From the NCBI RefSeq assembly GCF_018977255.1, contig NW_024704742.1, positions 80,786,001 to 80,850,000 on the forward strand: a DNA stretch of 64,000 nt. Reading direction: 5' to 3'. Made by a program: the position numbers and the translations under genes. Positions 27,617 to 37,700 of this stretch are shown one piece after another. Position 1 is the first letter of the stretch. The number at the start of each line of letters is the position of its first letter. This DNA comes from Callorhinchus milii. Taxonomy: Eukaryota. The notes beneath the pieces are model-generated. The model searched no databases. It was not told where the DNA came from and worked only from the letters and a program-made list of their open reading frames with translations.

Positions 27617-27970
27617 TGCCCTGCCCTGCCCTGCCCGCCCTGCCCTGCCCGCCGTGCCCTGCCCTGCCCGCCGTGCCCTGCCCTGCCCTGCCCTGCCCTG
27701 CCCGCCCTGCCCGCCTTGCCTTGCCCTGCCCTGCCCGCCCTGCCCTGCCCGCCCGCCCTGCCCGCCTGCCCCGCCTTGCCCTGCCCGCCCGCCCTGCCCG
27801 CCTGCCCTGCCCGCCCTGCCCGCCTTGCCCTGCCCTGCCCGCCTTGCCTTGCCCGCCGTGCCCTGCCCTGCCCGCCGTGCCCTGCCCTGCCTGCCCTGCC
27901 CGCCCTGCCCTGCCCGCCCTGCCCGCCTTGCCTTGCCCTGTCCTGCCCTGCCCGCCCTGCCCTGCCCGCC
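27617..27970 (+). repeat. (GCCCT/GCCC/GCCTT)n C-rich compound microsatellite
   Basis: Directly visible; the minus strand is (AGGGC/GGGC)n. Confidence 0.95.
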
Positions 27971-28421
27971 TGTGCTGCAGCCACCTGCCACTCCTGCCAG
28001 CAACCACTCTGGGGGTGTGGAGGGTGGTGGGGGGGTGTGGAGGGTGGGGGGAGCAAAGGCAGCTGCTCTCTTTACTTTTACACCGCGGCGAGACAGGCAG
28101 AGACAGGCAGGACAGGCAGAGACAGGCAAGGACAGGCAGGAGCATCCACCCAGCAGAGCAACAGCCCAAGGAAATCACTCGGAAAACCGGGAACAGTTTT
28201 TTTTTTTTTGCAAATCGTCGGGATCTGCTGTTCCTTTTTTTTTCCCCCCTCTCTCTCTTTTTCAAGTGGAGTTTGCGGAGACTTTGCGGAGGGGGTTAGA
28301 GTTTGCCGCTAAACCGGGGATTTCTTCAGGGTCGAGTTTGCAAAGTGACCTTTTTTTTTTCCCTTTTCTCCTTTGAACTATTATATCTATATATCTATAT
28401 ATCTATATATATAATACATAA

Positions 28422-28452
<31 letters not shown>

Positions 28453-28486
28453 TCTCTAAAGATCAGCCCAGTCGGCACCCGGAGTG

Positions 28487-29034
28487 ATGCGGGTGTTGCC
28501 GCTGCCGCTGCCGCTGCTGCTGCTGCTGCTCAGTCCGCTGCCCGCGACCCGCACCCACCCGCAGCCCTGCGGCATCCTCAAGCGCATCGGGCACACGGTC
28601 AGACTGGGGGCCGTCCTGCTATTGCCCCAACCCCAGCCCCGGGCTCCCGGCCCCGGCCCCGGGGTGGGGGGGGTGGAGGGGGTGGGGGTGGGGGAGGGCA
28701 GCGCTCAGCCCCTCGGTGCCCGGGAGGCTCTCCTGCGCGCCGCCCGGCACCTGAACGGGAAGGGCGGGCTCCTGCCTTACAACCTGTCGGTGGAGCTGGT
28801 GATGGGGATGGAGGTGGGGCTCGGGGAGCTGCCGCTCTTCAGCTCCTCGCCTCTGGCCCGGAGGGACCCCCAGTCGTTTCTGGAGAGCGTGTGTCACACG
28901 GTGGTCGTGCAGGGGGTCGCCGCCATCCTCGCCTTCCCGCTCAGCACAGGGAAGTGCAGCTCGAGTTCCTGTCGTCCACCATCCGGATCCCCGTCGTCAG
29001 CCTCGTCCAAGAGGAGTATCCCAGGAATTCCAAG
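28487..29034 (+). CDS. GRIN3A: GRIN3A coding exon 1 (signal peptide + start of amino-terminal domain); apparent 1-nt frameshift at ~28949-28951
   Basis: [16 protein letters not shown] signal peptide, then [20 protein letters not shown]...[22 protein letters not shown]...[22 protein letters not shown]. The homology continues in another frame as [28 protein letters not shown]. This matches the GluN3A N-terminus as I recall it (HPQPCQILKRIGHAVRVGA...IPVISIVRHEFPRESQ). Donor AAG|gtaagg at 29034/29035. Confidence 0.92.
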
Positions 29035-29998
29035 GTAAGGAAGGAGCCCCTCCCTCCCGCCCCGGGATTCTCCCCCCGCGAGACACCTCCAGCACAAGGG
29101 AAATGATCGCGAAAATAAGCTGTGAATATACATATAGATATATATATATAAAGTTATGTATAGTGTATGTATATAGATATATATATATAACGGTGTACAG
29201 TTGTGTTGTAGGTGTTAATAGAAAATAAATATCTAATTCAGTCGTTAAGGTGTACATACACACACTGATCTTTTATCTGTAAACACTTCCACAGCGCAAC
29301 TGTACACCGCTATTTATGTGTATATATGTGTGTGTGTGTGTGTGTGTGAGTGGATATATATATATTGGTTTTGATGAAGTTCGAGATTGTTAAAGTCTAT
29401 GTCACAGCCGAACAGGGAAACAAACCGCACTCTGTGAAGTTACGGCGTTGTTTTATATTAAAAAAAAGTTTATCATCAAAATCGCCTTCTCCTACACCCG
29501 GAGTTACGCAGCAGATGATTTTAATGTGTCAGCCTGAGGGGGGGGGGGGGGGGGGAGGGGGGGATCGCTCACTTTAACTCTATCAGATTAAGTGCCACTC
29601 GCTCTCGTCTCTCGGCGATGGTGAAGGGGGGAATGGATCGCCTTTACATCGGAAAGTATTCGCGCGAACTCCCGGAGCAGAATCCGAGACACTTTGATTC
29701 CCCCAAAACAAATGCTTAATCGCTCACCCGAAGGGACTGACTGATACCAACATGGTTTATAGCTTAGAAATAGGTCCAGGACTCTGGGGGTGGGGGTCGG
29801 GGGTGTGCACTGTGGCGTATTTTAAATAGTTCTGACTATGGCAACTCTGTAAGTGAGGAATGTGGGGCTTTGTGATTAGGAAGTGTTCAGCGGAGTCGTT
29901 TGGGTGGAAATAACTGGAAGGACAGTAAGGTGTGAAATGAGAGAGTTCATATTGTTTTGGGGAGTGACAGATGTTTCCGCGAACTACACTGAACAGGT

Positions 29999-30369
29999 GG
30001 GGGGGGGGGGGGGAGACTGGGGGGGGAGGGAGGGACTGGGGGAGGGGGGGTGACTGGGGGAGTGGGGGGGGGACTGGGGGAGTGGGGGAGTGGGGGACTG
30101 GGGGAGGGGGGGCTGGGGGTGGGGGGAGAGGGGGGACTGGGGGGTGGGGGTGGGGGACTGGGGGAGGGGGGGCGGGGGAGGGGGGGGGAGGGGGGGACTG
30201 GGGGAGGGGGGGGACTGGGGGGGGGGTGGGGAGGGGGGGACTGGGGGAGTGGGGGGGGAGGGGACTGGGGGAGGGGGGCTGGGGGAGTGGGGGAGGGGGG
30301 GACTGGGGGGGGGACTGGGGAGTGGGGGGAGGGAGGGGACTGGGGGGGGGGGGGGGAGTGGGGGAGGGG
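29999..30369 (+). repeat. G-run tract (GGGGACTGGGGGA/GAGTGGGG-like units) in GRIN3A intron 1
   Basis: About 370 bp almost entirely of G-runs separated by ACT, AGT, A or T. Confidence 0.95.
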
Positions 30370-31164
30370 ACGAGCACCAATATTTCCAAATGGCAATGAT
30401 TTCGTGCGACTCTTTCATTGAAAGGACTAAAGCAGAAACCCGCGGTCGGTGTTTCCCACGAGGCACTCGATCGCGATTCTCCCACTTGCTCGGGGATGGA
30501 CACCAGAGGAGGGGATCCTGAGGGAAGGGGGTGTTTCTGGGGTTTGGTGCAGCACAGCACAGCACAGCACAGGGCATCGCAGGGTGTCGGTGTCGGGCTG
30601 CCTCGGGATAAAGTGTAACAACCCACTGGTTTGTAGCAGAGAAGGAAAAGTTTGTGGTCGTCCGGACAGTTAGTTGCAAAGTAAAGCGATCCCTAATCTC
30701 GCAGTGGAGGTCCTGATTGACATCTCACCATCCACTCACTGCCATGAACAGTGGGACCTGTGATTACAGATTTATTAAGAGATCAGACGTTTTGCCTTTG
30801 CAAAAAAAAAAGTCTTTGCTCGTCTTGATATACGATTAATCTCCTCCTCACCTTACACCTCGTAGATATTATCCCCCAACCTCCTCCCCCCCCCACCCCC
30901 ACCCCCCCACACACACATTGCTTCACCGCAAGACCACACCAGCATTCACTTGATTTGGCAAACTAAGAGAAGAAAAGACTAAAACGTACGATCGTTATTA
31001 TTCGCAGTCAAACAGGGAATTTTAGATCGCTTTGGGGCAGAAACACGTCGGCTCAGACCCTGTTTGCCACCGTTCTTGATTCATGTCATCAACGTCCACG
31101 TCGAAGCACTGAGTATTTCCCTCATCTCGGGGGCAAAATCCCCTTTGGGGGCATTCAAGGCGAA

Positions 31165-31455
31165 ATGTTGGGCAAATGTCCTGACTCCCCAAGCCTCTGT
31201 TTATCCAGCAGTAAGTAGGAACCGGGTTGTTAATCAATTGGAGGATCACTTTTCCTTGGGTAATAATTATTTTAAAAATATGAATTGGTCACTTCAATCC
31301 AGGACCGTTTGCGGGACACCGCTGTGCGCAATTGGCTCCTGCGTTTCCCCCACCAATACATACAGTCAATTCACTTCACATCATATTCTGTGAAGCGCTT
31401 TGAGACGTCTCGAAGACGCGATAAGGCGCGATATCAAATTCAAGGATTATTATTG
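31165..31455 (+). mobile_element. tRNA-derived SINE, long-middle variant, head missing
   Basis: ggcgaaatgttgggcaaatg...gcctctgtttatccagcagtaagtaggaacc...gctgtgcgcaattggct...tcaaattcaaggattattatt. Confidence 0.85.
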
Positions 31456-31987
31456 CTGCTATTCGTGCCACACTGCAAAATAAATATCACCATGTCAAAC
31501 TGGAGAGCAGTTTTACCTGCAGTTAAATAGAAAACACATTCATATGATCTACACGTAGCTTTGTGTGAAAAAGAGAGAAACAAGTCGGAGGACCCTGTGG
31601 GGTAACATGTTGAACAATATTAAGGGGAAGGTCGTGCATTTTTTGATAAAGTGGTTGAGAAGTGTCAGATGCAACTTCTGTTCCGCAAATCAAATGGAGG
31701 ACCAATTTGCTGAACACTGTAAGAGTTAAGATACAAACCTACAGGCTTCACACTTTGCCGAGTGGTTGGTGCTGGAGATAGTCAATGTGTGGCTTAAAAG
31801 AGAATAGTTCTATTATTTCAATTCCAGGCTGTGTGATGGTAGGATCAGGTCTCAGCACATCTTTCAATCTGCTGGATTCTCAGTGACCAGGTGAGGGGGT
31901 TTTGCACCGGCAAAGCAAATAGGCTTCCGATTTCCTAAAGTTACTTGTGCATAAATCCCGAAATGCCGTTTTTACGCATCGATTGAG

Positions 31988-32332
31988 NNNNNNNNNNNNN
32001 NNNNNNNNNNNNNNNNNNNNNNNNNNNNNNNNNNNNNNNNNNNNNNNNNNNNNNNNNNNNNNNNNNNNNNNNNNNNNNNNNNNNNNNNNNNNNNNNNNNN
32101 NNNNNNNNNNNNNNNNNNNNNNNNNNNNNNNNNNNNNNNNNNNNNNNNNNNNNNNNNNNNNNNNNNNNNNNNNNNNNNNNNNNNNNNNNNNNNNNNNNNN
32201 NNNNNNNNNNNNNNNNNNNNNNNNNNNNNNNNNNNNNNNNNNNNNNNNNNNNNNNNNNNNNNNNNNNNNNNNNNNNNNNNNNNNNNNNNNNNNNNNNNNN
32301 NNNNNNNNNNNNNNNNNNNNNNNNNNNNNNNN
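31988..32332. other. Assembly gap (345 N)
   Basis: Run of N. Confidence 1.
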
Positions 32333-33399
32333 TGGTGCAGACTGATCAGGTCAGTGAGTTCCCAGCCCCATCTGATCCACATCGGTCGCCAGCACTTAAG
32401 GGGACATCGGACTAAAAATGACTCTTGGAGGAAACCTACCGCTCCCAGGAAGATATAATCCCTCCACGAAAAGCTGTCCCGATCGAGTGGGGATTCTGGT
32501 TGGGAAATTGACTTGGTCTCACCGAGCGGTGCGCAGATTCACACCTATATTCAGTATTTAGTGACCATTGTGGGCAAAGGCAACTCAGTGCAATACATTA
32601 CCTTACAGACCCCTTTGCACTGACAGACAGACACGCCAGGGATGTGCAGGCACTGTCTGTGCCCATGTTGGCTCCTCTTTCAAGATCCCTTATCGAACTC
32701 TTTCTATTGAATATATAGCAAATATTTTACTCTGTGCCGTTTACCAAAATGCTGATTTGATGAAGAAATAGAGTCGTTAATGTTGCTTTTTTTAAAGAAA
32801 AGCTTTTGATAGAAACTGCATTGTAAAGAAGTGTGTGTGTGTGTGTGGGGGGGGGGGGGGGGTGGGGTGGGGGGAAGGGGGGGGGGACCTCTCTTTGAAG
32901 TGCAATTGTTACAATATGTGTGTGTGCTGTTTGGGGTTCACTTGATGTGAATACATTGGCATTTGAGTGTGGAGCAATCTGGGCACAGTCACAGGCAGAT
33001 GCCATTCTGTCTCCTCACCAGTACATCTCCAGTGAGAGGTAAACTTGCAGTTTCTCGACATCATGACATTATTGATCACAAGGTTTCTGAGGATTCACAT
33101 TGAACGAGCATCCAATGTTCTCTGGCATGCCAGAGATTTAATCGCCTTCGCAGACTCTTGCTTCCTATTTATTTGTGGCACAGAGTGGGCAGCATTACTT
33201 TAGGTGGGATTCATTATCGCAGTCAGATTTCGCACACAGACAATAAGGCTGTTGAGCAAAGTGTTCTCCGAGTGATTTCATGCGGAATATTTTCCCTCTC
33301 AGTTCCTGTAATTGTCATTTGGTTCGAGTTACAAACAGGTTTGGAGCGCCATCTAATGGGAAGCCTCGATGCTTCTCTGATTCAACCAGGAACTGACTA

Positions 33400-33507
33400 C
33401 AGGGTGACCAAAAAGTTGTGATACCTACTCGATTATCTCCAAAAAAAAAATCATTTCTTTAAGATTTATTAGACATTGCAATGGTATCACGACTTTTGGT
33501 CACCCTG
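33400..33507. mobile_element. Tc1/mariner-type MITE (108 bp)
   Basis: TA | CAGGGTGACCAAAAAGTTGTGATACC ... GGTATCACGACTTTTGGTCACCCTG | TA. The TIRs are 25-26 bp (one mismatch, one indel) with a TA duplication at 33398-33399 and 33508-33509. Confidence 0.88.
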
Positions 33508-34019
33508 TAAAACCACGACCTATCAAATGTATCAAGAAATTGGTTGTTTAACCTTGCAAAACCCTCTGTATACTGCAGTTAACGTGCTATCTTTGCTTTG
33601 CATCAACACTGTTGCTGTATTACAATATATTTTGTGAGGATGTTGTACCAATGCAATCCTAAATATTCATATAATTTCTGTTATCTATACTGTATGTATA
33701 CAGTATATATGTTTAAAAATACCAGGCAACAAGTAGCTAAGTATTCAATTCAGATGATGAGACATTGTTACAGTAACAGTGACACTGCAGTTTATAAACT
33801 GAAATGTAGTCAGTCCTATATTCTTAACAGATATTTGTTACCCATCCCTCACATCCACCTAGATATCATACATTTTTTTTAAGTATCCATGACGTGTTAT
33901 CAGTCATATTTGCTCAAATCTACACCTAGACTTTTAAATCTCCAAATTGTGTCAATGATAATAATCCTTAAATTTGGTTTAGTGCTTTTCACATTAATAG
34001 AACATCCCAATGCGCTTCA

Positions 34020-34422
34020 TAATACCAACTCCAGGTCCACCCATGTTCTGTCAGCTTGTCTGGTAGACATCAAGGTCTGGATGAGTGCAAACTTTCTGCA
34101 GCTAAATATGGACAAGACAGAAGCCATACATCTTGTCTCCCGTCAATGTCTTCACTCCTGCGGATCTAAATTCCTCAACCTCCATGGGCTCTCCCTCAGA
34201 CTAGGGGAACCAGTGCACAATCTAGGTGTCCAGTTCAACCCCAAACTGCCTTCCTTCCCCACATCCGGTCCCTGACCCTCTTTCAAGTCCCACCTGAAAA
34301 CTTTCCTGTTCAACTGCGCTTTCGCCCACCTCCCCCCGGCTCGGATTCAGGTTCCACCCTTGTTAAGTGCACTGAGATGCTATCCTGCGTGGAGGGTGCT
34401 ATATAAGTGTAAGTTGTTGTTG
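34020..34422 (+). mobile_element. L2 LINE fragment with internal deletion and 3' tail
   Basis: CLVDIKVWMSANFLQLNMDKTEAI...NLGVQF, then a jump to FKSHLKTFLF and the tail gctatataagtgtaagttgttgttg. Confidence 0.8.
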
Positions 34423-34424
34423 TA

Positions 34425-34740
34425 CAGTTAAGTGTAGTGACTGCACTTTTTGTGCATGAACACAGCAGCTAATTTGCGCACAGTCATGAGGTGAGTTACC
34501 AAATTTATTTGGGAGATTGTTGGCCAGGACACTGGGAAAGATTCCCTTCTCTTTTCGAATCATGCCATGTGATCTTCAACATCCACCTGAAGAACAGGCA
34601 GATAGGGCTTCGATTTGACATCTCATCTGAAGTAAGGCACCTCCGATGAAGGAGTGCACCCCCGGCTCTGCATTGGAGAGTCAGCTTAGATGAAATAAAA
34701 AGTCCAACTTCTGATGTGGGTCATGAACCCAGAGACAAGA
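34425..34740 (-). mobile_element. SacSINE1-like Deu-domain SINE
   Basis: + strand ttggccaggacactggga...catgccatgtgatcttcaacatccacctga...catctcatctgaag, the reverse complement of the family core. Confidence 0.75.
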
Positions 34741-37700
34741 GTTGGAGATTTGTTTTACAAATAAACAAATTAAATATGTTTAGTTGCAATAGTTCTTTGT
34801 TGGGGTAAAGGTGGTTTTGGGATCCGATCTCTACAGTGAAGGCCATTTTTAACACAGCTTGCACAGAAGGTAGTAATTGTTTTATTTTTATTTTATTTCT
34901 TTTGCAAACATTTAAAAACAATTCTTACATTAAGTGCTGTTTGCATGATTGAACACATTGAATACTTTATGGATGCAATGATCTACCAAATAAACAAGCA
35001 TTGCAGCACTTTGAGAAATACGACAACAACAAAGTTACATCTACATAGCGCCTTTCACGTCGGGAGGATGTCCCAAGGTGCTGGAATACGAAAATGTAGG
35101 ATCTATGACACGTAGACTGCAACAAAACATAATTTGTTTCAATGTATTCGCAAAATATATTGATTCTTGTAGTTAATTTTATATCGAAAGAAAGTTAGGA
35201 TGGATTTGCAAGGGAATAACCTAATCCTAAAGATCCAGTTGCATCATAAGATATAAATAATATACTTGACATCTGAAAGAAACAAGATTAAGATGCAGCT
35301 GGTATGTACAGTTCCTGGCTCTGTTACCTATTTCTTATAAAATCACATTTCTGATGGTAAAAAATGCTGGTTATTACTTTTGTCAAATATTTTTGTATTC
35401 CTATAGATATACATTAAGATGTGTTTAAACAGGGTAACAAACACATTGTTTGGGAGTTAAGGTAATATTTTGATACAAGGAAACATGACCTTAAAATGTT
35501 AGGACTAAGCAAATGTTGAATTTCGTCTTGCAGAGAATTTATGCTGAAATGCTTCAGAATCTCATGCACAAGAAATCCAATAAGCTCTTTATAATGCTAA
35601 CATAATTATTGTATTTGAAATAGCACATTATCTTATTGTCAAATGTCTCAAAGCACTTCACGGGATTTTACTATAAAGTGTAGTGACCTTGCATTTGCAG
35701 ACAACCGCGGCAGTCAGGTTGCGCATAGCAATGTACCACAAGCAGCCATGAAATGAGTAACCAATTTTATCTGGGAAGAATGTTGGTGAGGATTTAAACT
35801 AACTTCCTGTGTTGGTTCACAGCAAGTATTTTGCTTTCTGATTTGATATCATCTAAACTCCAGTGCCTTGGGATGTCCTCCCGCCCAAAAGGCGCTATAC
35901 AAATGTAATTTTGTTGTGTTGTTGTTGTTGTTGTTATACTTGCTGCGTTATTGTCTCAATGATCTTTCCTGGCTGTCCACTCTTATTTATTTTACAGTTT
36001 GCTACTGTTATGCAGTGACTTTTATAAATTGCAGCATGTAGAGGATTCATGATAACTGTCAGCGATTTACAGGAGAAAAATCTAATCACGAATTTCAAGT
36101 GATACCAAATTGCAAGAATGAAGCTCTCAAGGCTTTAGTGTGACCTAAATCTTCAAATTCCAGATCCTGCTGATGAGCAAGATCACCAGCAGCAGTTTTT
36201 AGTTGCGCTGTTATCAGCAGTTTTTAGTTGGTTAAATTCCAGCATCTCCAGTATCTCAAAGCACACTCTGAGATCCCCATTCTTTGGCTATTGCCACCTA
36301 TGCATAATACTGTCCAGAATTAGGAAAGCAAGGTACATTGCTCCAAGAAGAGAGTGCACATTCCATTCCAGACATGGAAATATCCATGTGCCAGTAACAT
36401 ACTTAGACCTCCATCTGGTTTAGATATTCTTCAACTTGGTGATAGACACGTAACTGACCAAATAAAAAATGTTATGCAAGGATGGGTTCAACTCGCAGTT
36501 TTTCACAAGTGCAGGCCCACAGCATAAAACTCTGTACATTCTGGCTCATGTTTAGGAAATTTAGGAAACTCAATTGTTTGGTGGACTCAGGAATGAGAGA
36601 TTTGACATAATCCGTAGCTTAGCGTTTTGCTGAAATTTAACTGTAACAGCTTATTGATTAGTTGACTGCTTTAACTGGTGAGCAAGACATGTTTGAGTAG
36701 AATAACATATGACCTTAACTGTTTTGACTTTGCAGTACTCACAATTCCATTGGGCTTTACTTAGAGGCTGCAGCATGAATGATAGAATATTTTATTAACA
36801 ATATGACAGTTTAGTACAAAAATGTGGTTTTAGCTGATGTGTGAAAAGAACAGGTCTTGAATCTACAGACTTTATTTTTCATTGTTAGCGATTTTTTTAA
36901 AGAAATTGATTCCAAACATTCTGTTTCTTATTTTCTTTAAATCTTGCTTTTGACACATAAAATACACATACAATAACCAAAAAAAACTTGTCCTAACTAA
37001 ATATTCCAAATCAGAAAGAGTGTGTGGTCCAATACAAGCACAATGTGGTATTTCATTCATTTCATTTGCGTGGTGAAAAATCTCAGTCAAGTTTATCTTT
37101 CTCATTCTGATTTATTAACTAGAAGTTCCACTTTGCTGTTTCTTTTATGTTGATCTTGTTGAATTAAAGTGAGTGTCAAAGGATCAGGACCCTTTTATTG
37201 GAATAAAATCAATGTCAGAAGTATAATATTTAAAATATTTTTAGTACGTCTGATTATTTTTCTTAACAATTGGCATTTGTTCTTGCTGCAGTTAGTGTCG
37301 GCAGACCATTTAGTGTAGGGGGCGTCTTCTATATACACACTAACCCAGCTGATTTTACCCTTACTCACCCTGGTAAGGCTAAAGCCTTCCCATGACCCCA
37401 CGAGTAACTTCAGCATGGTCCAAGATGCTGGTCTGTAAGTCTCATCTCTATCCACTGCACCATGAGTACTACTCCAGAGGGAATGATTAATTTTAACAGC
37501 CTCTTGATTTTGAGAATATATTTGTTTAATATAGTTTGTTCTGATTCAAGAATTAGATTTGGTGTAGTTTCCCAGAAGTGTTAACTATTTTCCTCAAATA
37601 TGTTGAAATAATTCAATTGTTGAAATGTCCTGGATTGATAACTGTAATCACATTAATGCTAATTTATAATAAGAAGAACAATAATAATAATAACGCTCCC

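Larger units (their letters stand above)
27430..29110 (+). promoter_or_regulatory. CpG-rich promoter / 5' UTR / first-exon region of GRIN3A
   Basis: Sharp rise in GC and CpG content (e.g. 27430-27610 and 28470-29110) relative to the AT-rich, CpG-depleted flanks, around the first coding exon. The TSS cannot be determined from sequence. Confidence 0.7.

Noticed and set aside
26372-28376. Long overlapping ORFs (up to 580 aa) on both strands upstream of GRIN3A
   Set aside because: They are translations of the GA minisatellite and the GCCCT repeat, which lack stop codons. The products are pure low-complexity sequence with no domain.
28940-28965. Programmed ribosomal frameshifting in GRIN3A
   Set aside because: There is no canonical X XXY YYZ slippery heptamer at the site, and I know of no such mechanism for GRIN genes. 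An indel error or mutation is simpler.
29757-30679. Pro-rich and Gly-rich ORFs (extensin/collagen-like)
   Set aside because: By-products of the G-run tract, with no splice or start context and no recognisable protein.
26000-31000. REST/NRSE site near the promoter
   Set aside because: No good match to TTCAGCACCACGGACAGCGCC was seen on either strand; only isolated half-sites occur elsewhere in the window.
31890-32545. CpG-containing sequence around the assembly gap (and a similar-looking stretch at ~4190-4800) as a TIR element
   Set aside because: Only a weak GCACCG/CGGTGC inverted match and no convincing TSD. It is probably an unclassified repeat but cannot be supported from the sequence alone.
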